Source: a virus
Taxonomy: Duplodnaviria > Caudoviricetes
IMG/VR virus record: IMGVR_UViG_3300020187_001966
Reading direction: 5' to 3' (one strand)
DNA: 64,000 nucleotides
Part shown: positions 1 to 8,747 of the stretch, piece after piece
How the letters are laid out: the number at the start of each line of letters is the position of its first letter
How positions within the stretch are numbered: the first letter of the stretch is position 1
The notes under the pieces: generated by a model
What the model was told of the DNA's origin: nothing
Databases searched by the model: none
What the model saw: the letters and a program-made list of their open reading frames with translations, nothing else
Translations under genes and position numbers: made by a program

Positions 1-1113
1 TGCAGCTGTCATACTTGTACCTTTATGAAATACAAATGAAAGCAGGCCATTTGACCCAGAGACACTAACATTACTTGATTTTCCTAAATTATCTCCAGTC
101 ACTGCGTCAAAATTCCACTTACGCCAATCTTTAGCTTCGCCATGTGTGCCAAACACGTACTCATTTGGTTGTAACTTTGTGCTATCTACCGCAGCTTGTC
201 TATTTAATTCATTGTTAACTTCAAGAGTAAACTTATCTAAAAAATCTCCAAAGTTACTAGCGATAACTGTGATATCAGCATTTAAGTGAAAGTCCACTCG
301 ACGGTATGCTGCGTATTCAATTTCATTAAATTCAACTTGGTAGTTAGTTGCACCTTCATTATGTTTAATTTGAAAATCTGTTATATTTACTACATAATAA
401 TACGGTCCAATTTCTTTTTCGCCCATTGGAGTATCATTTTCATTCCATCCTCGAAATTGAAGTTCAAGTAAATAAACTGCGTCAAGATGATTTTTAGTAT
501 CAAGTTCTTTAGCGGCAATCATAATTCGATTAAGAAATGTCATACCGTTTGCTTCAATAAAAGAAATATCAAAACTATTAGAAACTGCGTTTCTGTTCTC
601 TCGTACAAACCCCAGTGTTGTTTGTTGTATTACTGTTTCAATACTAATTTCATTTTCAACACCAGATTTAGCTAATGTAATATATGTACCGTCGTTAAGG
701 CTCTCTTCAAACTCTTGAGAGCGCATTGGGTTAATCATATGTAATGCCCAATTATACGTATAAGTTTCATAATCATTTAATATATTAGGTTTATAAAAAC
801 TTGCGTCTTTATTATTTCTAACATCCATATTTGCTCGTAGTTTTATATCTGTATCATTAGCACCAGCTTGTCCTGCGGCAAGTGGTGATGCAATGACGGA
901 TCTATGGCGATTAGCACCAGCTTGTCCTGCGGCAAGTGGTGATGCAATGACGGATCTATGGCGATTAGCACCAGCTTGTCCTGCGGCAAGTGGTGATGCG
1001 GGGCTAGGATTAGAATTGGGTGGATTGTTCAATATGTCTGATAATCGTGGGCTATCTGGTACACCACGCAGAGAGGGTATATTCCTAAATCGTGGGTCTG
1101 GATGAACTGGCAT
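1..1113 (-). CDS. Baseplate hub/tail-associated protein, 3' end beyond the left edge of the window (partial)
   Basis: Absent from the ORF track because it runs off the edge. ATG at 1113 overlaps the stop of the upstream gene (TAATG) and reads MPVHPDPRFRN...MDVRNNKDASFYKPNILNDYETYTYNWALHMINP. Product inferred from its position in the baseplate cluster. Confidence 0.6.
   Translation of the reverse strand, partial: MPVHPDPRFRNIPSLRGVPDSPRLSDILNNPPNSNPSPASPLAAGQAGANRHRSVIASPLAAGQAGANRHRSVIASPLAAGQAGANDTDIKLRANMDVRNNKDASFYKPNILNDYETYTYNWALHMINPMRSQEFEESLNDGTYITLAKSGVENEISIETVIQQTTLGFVRENRNAVSNSFDISFIEANGMTFLNRIMIAAKELDTKNHLDAVYLLELQFRGWNENDTPMGEKEIGPYYYVVNITDFQIKHNEGATNYQVEFNEIEYAAYRRVDFHLNADITVIASNFGDFLDKFTLEVNNELNRQAAVDSTKLQPNEYVFGTHGEAKDWRKWNFDAVTGDNLGKSSNVSVSGSNGLLSFVFHKGTSMTAA
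856..999. repeat. 54-bp perfect tandem repeat (about 2.7 copies) encoding ASPLAAGQAGANRHRSVI on the minus strand
   Basis: Unit ATTAGCACCAGCTTGTCCTGCGGCAAGTGGTGATGCAATGACGGATCTATGGCG starts at 856, 910 and 964 (third copy partial). Confidence 0.95.
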
Positions 1114-1412
1114 TAACTAACTCCAAATGCTGCTGACGTTGATGGTACTTTAATTTCAAGCCCTGCCACAAAATCATTAATTGGATCCCGAAGTTTGTCA
1201 CGATTGTAGTGTACAAATATCCACCAATAACTACTGCTACCATACATATCAAAAGCAAGTAAATCTGGTCGGCGATTGTATCTATTATCAATACGCATAA
1301 GTTTTGCTTCCTGTGATAGTGAAGCATTAGTTAGTTTTGGTTGATATATATCCAAGTACTTTAAATTTTTCGGAGTTGCTGCATAGCTGCTGGAATTAGA
1401 ATAATTTGCCAT
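1113..1412 (-). CDS. gp53: Baseplate wedge subunit, T4 gp53-like (LysM-like fold)
   Basis: 99 aa with RPDLLAFDMYGSSSYWWIF...N...DPI, the typical gp53/LysM-like pattern. Confidence 0.75.
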   Translation of the reverse strand: MANYSNSSSYAATPKNLKYLDIYQPKLTNASLSQEAKLMRIDNRYNRRPDLLAFDMYGSSSYWWIFVHYNRDKLRDPINDFVAGLEIKVPSTSAAFGVS

Positions 1413-2029
1413 TAAATAAATCCTTTACTATATAAACTTCCATTAAGAAAGTTATGTTTACTGAAATCTCTTTTTTGTTTAGCTGGATTAACACTAACAA
1501 GTAAATCTAGCGAAATAGTTTGTATTGCTGGTAATGTTTGAGGTTGCCCAGCTTGGTCAATTACTTCAACTAAGTCAGTGTCACTTTGATATGGGATACT
1601 TACACTGCTAACTAACACTGGCACTTTATTAAACTGGTTTGATCCAAAGCTAGAAAACCTTAATTTAGGAGGCGGAGTGCCTGCTGCAGGAGTTTTTTCT
1701 GCATCAGCAAACCCATAAAACATTTTTGTTACACTGCGTAAGAAGTGTATTACGCCCTGCGTGTATTCATGTTCTTCTCGAGTAACATTACTGAACTGTG
1801 CTGTTATTTGTATTGACGGACTAGGTGTTCCAGAGTAACTATGTGAGTGATAGTTAGTATGTGTTAATCCATATGTTGCGTAGTTAACTGATTGTTGATA
1901 CACAATATCTGGTTGTATAGGAAAAACTAATCCACCAGTTCGGCTTAATACTTTAGCAGGTCCTTTAAAATAAAAATTATTGCCTTTGAACAGTTCCAGT
2001 CTTGCTCTTGATGTATTACTGATTGCCAT
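1412..2029 (-). CDS. Tail-tube-like baseplate/tube initiator protein (gp48/gp54-like)
   Basis: 205 aa with LVFPIQPDI...THTNY...PSIQITAQF...FLRSVTK...PPP.LRFS.FG...VPVLVSSVSI, a tube-fold pattern; sits next to the gp53-like gene. Confidence 0.6.
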   Translation of the reverse strand: MAISNTSRARLELFKGNNFYFKGPAKVLSRTGGLVFPIQPDIVYQQSVNYATYGLTHTNYHSHSYSGTPSPSIQITAQFSNVTREEHEYTQGVIHFLRSVTKMFYGFADAEKTPAAGTPPPKLRFSSFGSNQFNKVPVLVSSVSIPYQSDTDLVEVIDQAGQPQTLPAIQTISLDLLVSVNPAKQKRDFSKHNFLNGSLYSKGFI

Positions 2030-2606
2030 TTAATTTTCCTTTTACAAACTCGTACACTTTAGGATTAAATGAGCCAAAGAAGTCTTCAAATGCTTCACGC
2101 TTCTTTTTATCTTCAATGCCATCCATACGCATTACATTTCTAAACGTAGTAGCACTACGCCCATCATCTTTTACTGGCACAGTGTATATATAACCTGCCT
2201 CATCACTTGATGTTAATTGTTCACTGTCTTTATACATACGTAAATAGCCACCTGTTTTTAAACGTCCAGCATCTTTTTCACTGAATACCAACAGTACCGC
2301 AGTGTTGTTTGGATCTTTACCAGTTGCGCTAACGTCAGGCTGATACGGACTAGTACGTATAATCTTATCAGCTGGCACACCAAACATGTCAGTCATAATG
2401 CCAGTTTTCTCTTCGTAACTAAACGGATCCTTTTCTGGCTGAGCATTCTTGGCTATCGTAGTAGCGATAAATACATTAGAAGAACCAAACTTACGAACTA
2501 AGTCCATATAAACTTTATGGTGCCCACTATGCATAGGTTGAAACCTTCCGCCATAGAACACAGCAATGTCAGTTGCTTTAGCTTCATTAAGTTGTGAGTA
2601 TCTCAT
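2016..2606 (-). CDS. HIGH-motif nucleotidyltransferase (cytidylyltransferase/NMNAT-like)
   Basis: GGRFQPMHSGH, KDPFSYEEK and C-terminal RSATTFR motifs; SD (GGAG) and a late promoter upstream. Confidence 0.8.
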   Translation of the reverse strand: MRYSQLNEAKATDIAVFYGGRFQPMHSGHHKVYMDLVRKFGSSNVFIATTIAKNAQPEKDPFSYEEKTGIMTDMFGVPADKIIRTSPYQPDVSATGKDPNNTAVLLVFSEKDAGRLKTGGYLRMYKDSEQLTSSDEAGYIYTVPVKDDGRSATTFRNVMRMDGIEDKKKREAFEDFFGSFNPKVYEFVKGKLNGNQ

Positions 2607-2624
2607 GTCGTTCTCCTATAATAC

Positions 2625-2632
2625 TATTTATA
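2625..2632 (-). promoter_or_regulatory. T4-type late promoter TATAAATA
   Basis: Exact consensus on the minus strand, 19 nt upstream of the nucleotidyltransferase start. Confidence 0.7.
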
Positions 2633-2664
2633 GCATCAATAAGTGCTAGTATAATTAGAAGGAC

Positions 2665-2692
2665 TTGACAAAGGTAGAATATGTGTTATATT
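2665..2692 (+). promoter_or_regulatory. Sigma70-type promoter for the late sigma gene
   Basis: TTGACA, 16 nt, then TATATT preceded by TG-n (extended -10). Confidence 0.65.
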
Positions 2693-2715
2693 CGTAGTAA
2701 TTTAAGGAAAGATTT

Positions 2716-3594
2716 ATGAGAAAACAAAATTATCTTAACAACAAGGATATGTTAAAAGAAATTCACAAAAGTAAACTAACATATTGCCACTTAGTGGATG
2801 ACGAGTATTCTAGATTTGATATCATTGTAAACAGTTATGAAGATATTTTTGATCCAGATGTTATCCAACAAGCAAGAGAAAATAGAGCTAGCGTACTAAG
2901 TTCACAAGGGTACGAAGAATCTTATAGAAAATGGCAAGCAAGTGGTAAACGTGTTAAAGACAAACCAAAGCAAGCTGAAACAAGAGTAAATCCAGAAGAT
3001 ATTGATCCAGATGAGCTAATCTTTCGATTAATGACCTTTGAACATGTACCAGGTGATGACAAACGTAAAACTAATCCAAAAACTATTGCGGATCGTCACG
3101 TTAAGGTTAACTTTCCACCATTCAAACACTATGCTAAACGCAATGGAGAAGTACAAGAAGTTGTACGAAGCCACTGGGAAGGTGGTATTGATAATGGAGC
3201 ATTTAGTACAACACATGGTCATACAACAAACGAATTAGCAAAGATGTATATCAAACTATGTGAACGCTACAGTATGCGTAGTAACTGGCGTGGATACACT
3301 TATGTAGACGAAATGCGTAGTCATGCTCTTATGCAACTATCTCAGATAGGCTTAAAGTTTAATGAGGATAAGAGTCAAAATCCGTTTGCGTATTATACGG
3401 CAGTGGTTACAAATAGCTTTACAAGAGTACTAAACCTTGAGAAACGAAACCAAAATATACGTGATGACCTACTTCAAGAGAACGGATTCAACCCTAGCTT
3501 TAGTAGACAACTTGACCATGAAGCGGCTGAAAAGGCAAAATGGGACGAAAAAAGCGAGAAAGATCGCAAAGAAGCTACTGGAACAAATTTCTAG
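2716..3594 (+). CDS. gp55: Late-transcription sigma factor, T4 gp55-like
   Basis: C-terminal half has YTYVDEM...KFNEDKSQNPFAYYTAVVTNSFTRVLNLEKRNQ, matching the gp55 NPFAY signature; lies directly before gp47/gp46. Confidence 0.8.
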   Translation: MRKQNYLNNKDMLKEIHKSKLTYCHLVDDEYSRFDIIVNSYEDIFDPDVIQQARENRASVLSSQGYEESYRKWQASGKRVKDKPKQAETRVNPEDIDPDELIFRLMTFEHVPGDDKRKTNPKTIADRHVKVNFPPFKHYAKRNGEVQEVVRSHWEGGIDNGAFSTTHGHTTNELAKMYIKLCERYSMRSNWRGYTYVDEMRSHALMQLSQIGLKFNEDKSQNPFAYYTAVVTNSFTRVLNLEKRNQNIRDDLLQENGFNPSFSRQLDHEAAEKAKWDEKSEKDRKEATGTNF

Positions 3595-3623
3595 TTGACA
3601 ATCATACAATAACGTTGTAAATT
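3595..3623 (+). promoter_or_regulatory. Sigma70-type promoter for gp47/gp46
   Basis: TTGACA, 17 nt, TAAATT. Confidence 0.55.
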
Positions 3624-3651
3624 AACATTATACAATAATGGAAAGTATTCT

Positions 3652-4659
3652 ATGACATTTTTTAATAGAGCAGCCTGCTTTAGTGATATCCATTATGGAC
3701 AAAAAAACAACAGTAAACAATACAATGATGATTGTAACAAGTTTATTGACTGGTTTGTCGATAATAGTAAAGACTGCGAAACTTGCATTTTCTTAGGTGA
3801 CTTTCATCACCATAGATCAGGCATTAATATTAGTACACTAAATCACAGCGTACAAGCTGTAAAGAAACTAAGCGAAAACTTTGAAAAGGTATATATGATT
3901 ATGGGCAACCATGACTTATACTATCGAGAAAAGCGAGATCTTAATAGTTTGCCTTACGCTGGAGTTTTTAACAACGTTACACTAGTAGAAGATATGCTTG
4001 TACAAGATGATGTAGCACTAGTACCTTGGTTAGTAGGTGACGAATGGAAACGCATTAATAAAGTACAAGCTCGATATATGTTTGGTCACTTTGAATTGCC
4101 TCACTTTAAGATGAACGCAATGGTTGAGATGCCAGATCACGGAGGGATTAATGTACAACACTTATCTTCTCCTGAATATGTATTCAGTGGACATTTTCAC
4201 AAGCGTCAACACAAAGGTAATATCCATTACTTGGGATCACCGTTTCCACACAACTATGCTGATGCTTGGGACGATGATAGAGGCATGATGAAACTATCTT
4301 GGGGTGGAAAGCCAGAATATTTTGACTTTGATGGACCTAGATATCGTACTGTACCACTTAGTAGGCTAATTGATGATGCTGAAAACATCTTAAATCATAA
4401 TACTTACTGTCGTGCTGTACTAGATGTAAACATTACATACGAAGAAGCAAATTTTATCAAGGAAACATTCGCAGAACAATATCAACTACGTGATATTACA
4501 CTGATGCCTAGTAAAAAAGAAGAACACGCACAAGATTGGAGACAAGTTGATGATATTGAGGTTGAAAATGTAGACCAAATAGTGTATAATAGCTTAAACG
4601 CTGTAGATAGTGAAATGATTGACAAAAAATTACTAGTGGACATATATAACAACCTATGA
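3652..4659 (+). CDS. gp47: Recombination endonuclease, Mre11/SbcD-like (T4 gp47)
   Basis: Metallophosphoesterase motifs SDIH, LGDFHH, GNHD, GHFE and SGHFH. Confidence 0.92.
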   Translation: MTFFNRAACFSDIHYGQKNNSKQYNDDCNKFIDWFVDNSKDCETCIFLGDFHHHRSGINISTLNHSVQAVKKLSENFEKVYMIMGNHDLYYREKRDLNSLPYAGVFNNVTLVEDMLVQDDVALVPWLVGDEWKRINKVQARYMFGHFELPHFKMNAMVEMPDHGGINVQHLSSPEYVFSGHFHKRQHKGNIHYLGSPFPHNYADAWDDDRGMMKLSWGGKPEYFDFDGPRYRTVPLSRLIDDAENILNHNTYCRAVLDVNITYEEANFIKETFAEQYQLRDITLMPSKKEEHAQDWRQVDDIEVENVDQIVYNSLNAVDSEMIDKKLLVDIYNNL

Positions 4660-6431
4660 TTATTATTAAAGACATCACAATAAAAAACTTCATGAGTGTG
4701 GGTAATGTTACCCAAGCTGTACGGTTTAACGACAACGGACTTACACTTGTACTGGGCAACAATGTTGACTTAGGTGGAGATGGTAGCCGTAACGGTACAG
4801 GTAAGACAACTATTATTAACGCATTAAGCTATGCTATGTATGGAAATGCGCTAACAAACATACGTAAAGACAATCTTATCAATAAAACTAACGGCAAAGG
4901 CATGTTAGTTACACTTGATTTTGAAAAGGATGGTGTACAGTATCGCATTGAGCGTGGACGCAAGCCTAATATCTTTAAGTTTTATGTTGACGATATAGAC
5001 ACAGATAGCGGCAATGAAGCGCAAGGTGAGAATCGTCAAACACAAACTCAAGTAGACAAACTGTTTGAAATGAGTCACGATATGTTTAAACATATTGTCG
5101 CCTTAAATACATATACAGAGCCCTTCCTTAGTATGCGAGCTAACGATCAGCGAGCTATTATCGAACAGCTACTTGGTATTACTATGCTAAGTGAAAAAGC
5201 AGAGGCTCTTAAAGAAAAACAAAGGTTGAACAAAGATGCAATCAAAGAAGAAGAATATCGAATTAAGGCAGTTGAAGACGCAAATCAAACAATTGCGAAG
5301 AGTATTAGTGACCTTGAGCGTAGACAAACGCTTTGGAAAACGAAAAAACAAGAAAGCCTGCAAGAACTAGAAGTAGCTATCAACGTATTAGACAAAGTTG
5401 ATATTGAAGCAGAACTAAAAAATCACAAACACCTAGCTGAATACTTGAAAAAGAAAAGTCAGCTAGACGAAGCTAACCGTTGGATCAATAGTATTGAATC
5501 TGACGATAAGAAACAAGAAAAAGTTATTTCTAAACTTGAAAACGAAATCAAATTGTTGAAAGAACACACTTGTTATGCTTGTGGTCAGGAAATGCACGAT
5601 GATAAACAAGAGAGCATTCTTGCTTCTAAAGAAGAACAGAAAAAAGAAGCAGCAATGCAAATCTTATCTAATAGTTCTCAATTAACTGAACACTTGGATG
5701 TGGTAAATAGCATTGGTGAACTAGGACAAATTCCAGCTACATTGTATAATACAGAACAAGAAGCATATCAACACCAAAGCCAAGTTGATAAGTTACTATC
5801 TGAGTATTCAAGTAAACAGAATGAAAATGATACATATCAAGAACAAGTTAACAGTCTAAAGGAGACTGCACTACAAGAAATTAGTTGGGACAAGATGAAT
5901 GAACTTGTGCAAATAAAAGAACACCAAGACTTCCTGTACAAACTGTTAACAAACAAAGATAGCTTTATACGTAAACGTATTATTGAGCAAAACTTACAGT
6001 ATCTAAATTCTAGACTTGCTTACTATTTGACTAAACTTGGACTACCACATGAGGTTCAATTCCAACCAGATCTGAATGTAGAAATTACAGAACTAGGTAG
6101 AGAACTAGACTTTGACAATCTAAGCAGAGGCGAACGTAACAGACTTATACTTGGTCTTAGTTGGAGTTTTAGAGATGTATTTGAAAACATGAATACACCA
6201 ATTAACTTCCTTGCTATTGACGAGCTTGTTGATAGTGGCATGGATACCAATGGTGTTGACAGTGCGCTTGGCGTACTAAAGAAAATGGAACGTGAACGTG
6301 GTAAAAACGTTTTCCTTATCTCACATCGAGATGAGCTACAGGGTAGAGTTAATACTATCTTACAAGTTATCAAGGAAAACGGATTTACTTCGTTTAGTGT
6401 AGACACGGAGATTTCAGATATTGCTGGATGA
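4656..6431 (+). CDS. gp46: Recombination ATPase, Rad50/SbcC-like (T4 gp46)
   Basis: Walker A NGTGKTT, zinc hook CYAC, signature LSRGE, Walker B IDE with D-loop, and ISH. Confidence 0.95.
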   Translation: MIIIKDITIKNFMSVGNVTQAVRFNDNGLTLVLGNNVDLGGDGSRNGTGKTTIINALSYAMYGNALTNIRKDNLINKTNGKGMLVTLDFEKDGVQYRIERGRKPNIFKFYVDDIDTDSGNEAQGENRQTQTQVDKLFEMSHDMFKHIVALNTYTEPFLSMRANDQRAIIEQLLGITMLSEKAEALKEKQRLNKDAIKEEEYRIKAVEDANQTIAKSISDLERRQTLWKTKKQESLQELEVAINVLDKVDIEAELKNHKHLAEYLKKKSQLDEANRWINSIESDDKKQEKVISKLENEIKLLKEHTCYACGQEMHDDKQESILASKEEQKKEAAMQILSNSSQLTEHLDVVNSIGELGQIPATLYNTEQEAYQHQSQVDKLLSEYSSKQNENDTYQEQVNSLKETALQEISWDKMNELVQIKEHQDFLYKLLTNKDSFIRKRIIEQNLQYLNSRLAYYLTKLGLPHEVQFQPDLNVEITELGRELDFDNLSRGERNRLILGLSWSFRDVFENMNTPINFLAIDELVDSGMDTNGVDSALGVLKKMERERGKNVFLISHRDELQGRVNTILQVIKENGFTSFSVDTEISDIAG

Positions 6432-6594
6432 TATAGACAAAGATTTACTACAAAGTCTAGGAGGCATGATATTCGAGTCTCCTGATAAAGGCAAAACAGT
6501 ACGTAGTAGACCTAGTCCTGAGCATCCAATTTATTTGCTTACTAACGGAACATTACCAATTGATGTATGGTACAAAATATATGGGAACGGATAA
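6421..6594 (+). CDS. Small hypothetical protein (about 57 aa; start uncertain, TTG 6421 or ATG 6466)
   Basis: Below the ORF-track cutoff. Open frame ...IFESPDKGKTVRSR...GTLPIDVWYKIYGNG* fills the gap between gp46 and the next gene. Confidence 0.55.
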   Translation: MLDDIDKDLLQSLGGMIFESPDKGKTVRSRPSPEHPIYLLTNGTLPIDVWYKIYGNG

Positions 6595-6596
6595 TA

Positions 6597-6866
6597 ATGA
6601 CTACAGATACAGTAACTATTTCAGACATCTCACTAGATAACATACTAGACGACACAGCAACGTATACTGATTTATCAGGCTGTACACCAACTATAACTAT
6701 TGATACTAGTACTATTTCTTCACCAACATACACTGGATCCACAATTACACTTGATGATATTGATGTGTATATAGATACAAAACGTAAAAAATTACGTGAT
6801 GAAGGTGAATTACCGATTGACATTTGGGCTAAAATGTATAATAATGGAGTTATAGATGATGATTGA
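6597..6866 (+). CDS. Hypothetical protein, Thr/Asp-rich
   Basis: ORF track gives 6567; ATG 6597 right after the previous stop is more likely. C-terminus GELPIDIWAKMYNNG. Confidence 0.6.
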   Translation: MTTDTVTISDISLDNILDDTATYTDLSGCTPTITIDTSTISSPTYTGSTITLDDIDVYIDTKRKKLRDEGELPIDIWAKMYNNGVIDDD

Positions 6867-7575
6867 CTTTATTTTTGATCTCGATGGCACACTAACTAAT
6901 GCCAGAGAGTATATTGACCCACAGTTTAAAGAATTTATGCATGAGTTTACTGAAAAGTACTCATGTAGTATCTGTACGGGCAGTGATTATGATAAAGTTG
7001 AAGAGCAATTAGGAAAAGACCTAACTAACAAATTTGATACACTCTTTTTAAGTAGTGGCAATCATGTTGTACAGGATGGTAAAGACGTATACAAAAGTAA
7101 ATGGAAGTTATCAGATGAAGAATACTGGTTCCTTATAGAAAAAGTAAAAGCATCTAATTATTTTAACAAAGTTTCTGATTCTTTAAACAGTATTGAACCC
7201 CGCATTGGTTGCGCAAACGTTAGTGTTATTGGCGTAGGCGAGTTTCAGTTAGACCGTGGCACATACAGCGCATGGGATAAACAACATAAAGAAAGACAAC
7301 AAATAGCAGAAGCATTTAATAACTTGTTTGGACACAAATCATCTGCAGTGATTGGTGGATCAGTAAGTATAGACATTACACAACAAGGCAAAGACAAGGC
7401 ACAAATAATACAATACTTTGAGGCACAAGACACTATACACTTTTTTGGCGATAAAATTATACCTGGTGGCAACGATTATACACTAGCAATGGCAGTTAAC
7501 AAACTTGAAAATGGCAAATCATATACAGTAAAAAATTGGCAACAAACATACGAAATACTAAAAACACAATTTTAA
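6856..7575 (+). CDS. pmm: Phosphomannomutase, eukaryote-type (HAD-IIB, PMM2/Sec53-like)
   Basis: FDLDGTLT, GSDYDKVEEQLG, GGSVSIDI and HFFGDKIIPGGNDY, all matching the PMM2-family motifs. Confidence 0.8.
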   Translation: MMIDFIFDLDGTLTNAREYIDPQFKEFMHEFTEKYSCSICTGSDYDKVEEQLGKDLTNKFDTLFLSSGNHVVQDGKDVYKSKWKLSDEEYWFLIEKVKASNYFNKVSDSLNSIEPRIGCANVSVIGVGEFQLDRGTYSAWDKQHKERQQIAEAFNNLFGHKSSAVIGGSVSIDITQQGKDKAQIIQYFEAQDTIHFFGDKIIPGGNDYTLAMAVNKLENGKSYTVKNWQQTYEILKTQF

Positions 7576-7620
7576 TACCATAATCAGTAGATTTATGATG
7601 ACAAATGATATATACAATAC

Positions 7621-8055
7621 ATGCAATGGAAATACAATGGTAATCTTGTTGAAGAGATAGCCGACCAATATATTGGATTTGTATACATCATTACTAATCT
7701 GACTAACAACAAAAAATATATAGGCAAAAAATTAGCCAAGTTTAAAAAAACTAGGCCACCCCTTAAAGGCAAAAAACGTAAAAGAAAATCACTAGTGGAA
7801 AGCGACTGGCAGACTTACTGGGGATCTTCAGAACACTTATTGGCAGATGTAGCTGAATTAGGCACTGAAAACTTTAGTAGAGAAATTTTATATTTCTGTA
7901 CTACACGTGGCGAACTTTCCTACCGTGAGGCAAAAGAACAATTCGACAGAGAAGTTTTACTTACTGACGAATACTATAACGGCATCATAAATGTCCGCAT
8001 TGGCGGATCTCAGGCTCTTAAAGAATCTCTAAAAAATAACATACCCCCTCTATAA
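7621..8055 (+). CDS. GIY-YIG family nuclease (catalytic domain only, 144 aa)
   Basis: GFVYIITNLTNNKKYIGKK, YWGSS, E..EQF and YYNGII. Confidence 0.8.
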   Translation: MQWKYNGNLVEEIADQYIGFVYIITNLTNNKKYIGKKLAKFKKTRPPLKGKKRKRKSLVESDWQTYWGSSEHLLADVAELGTENFSREILYFCTTRGELSYREAKEQFDREVLLTDEYYNGIINVRIGGSQALKESLKNNIPPL

Positions 8056-8059
8056 AAAG

Positions 8060-8480
8060 CATTGAGGAGTCGCCATTGATTTGGTTAGACAACGGAACTT
8101 GCTGGGGGACACAAACCAAATGAGTGGGCTCTACTGCGCCATTGTAACCCACGAGTATTTCCAAGTTAGTAGCCTTTATTGCAACTTGGTAGCTTGCGTT
8201 GAAAGCAGCATGTAAAGGGGTACAGCATAACCGCCTCTGCTAGTTTACTAGTTTTGCTATAAGGGTGTACAAGGTGACTGGTAATATCAGACTCTTTTGT
8301 CGTGCTTGGCCTAAATCAGGCTAAGTGCGACTTTAGATCATGGTAATGATCAATAATATATATATCATTATGATATATGATATAATATGATATTCGAATG
8401 TATTGAATGAAATGATTCAATCGAACGATAGTGAAGATTGATGATGTCGTAAGACATCAAGTAATGATAAAACTTACTTA
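8060..8480 (+). ncRNA. Candidate structured non-coding RNA or origin-like region
   Basis: No credible ORF. Multiple stems, e.g. a 14-bp hairpin at 8299-8331 with three G-U pairs and TGATGTC-GTAA-GACATCA at 8442-8459. Confidence 0.45.
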
Positions 8481-8501
8481 GATATAAATGAACACTTCAG
8501 A

Positions 8502-8747
8502 TTAAAATGTCTTCTTACCTGATGCAGCGTCTATTGCTTCTGATTCTTTACGATTCTTCTCTGAGTATGACGCAACAATTTCAGTTGCTTGGTATATTGG
8601 CATTTGATATAATTCTTTTACTGAAAATGCGCCTCCAGTATACAGTACAATATCATATACTTGTTTTCGTAGATCTTTGTTATTTTCATTCATCTCATCA
8701 ACTAAGGCTTGACTATTAGTCGGATTAGCTCTTAGTTGTTGGTGAAA
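8502..8747 (-). CDS. C-terminal extension of the tail/baseplate assembly chaperone (probable -1 frameshift segment, T-like ORF)
   Basis: Frame is open from 8759 to 8502 and is the -1 frame of 8732..9565. The ATG at 8693 has no good SD. Confidence 0.6.
   Translation of the reverse strand, partial: FHQQLRANPTNSQALVDEMNENNKDLRKQVYDIVLYTGGAFSVKELYQMPIYQATEIVASYSEKNRKESEAIDAASGKKTF

Noticed and set aside
893-1105. Plus-strand 70-aa ORF reading through the 54-bp repeat
   Set aside because: It is antisense to the real gene starting at 1113 on the minus strand.
8056-8500. Group I intron or homing-endonuclease intron
   Set aside because: No interrupted host gene, and no recognisable P7 or other core motifs by eye; a covariance-model search is needed to exclude it fully.
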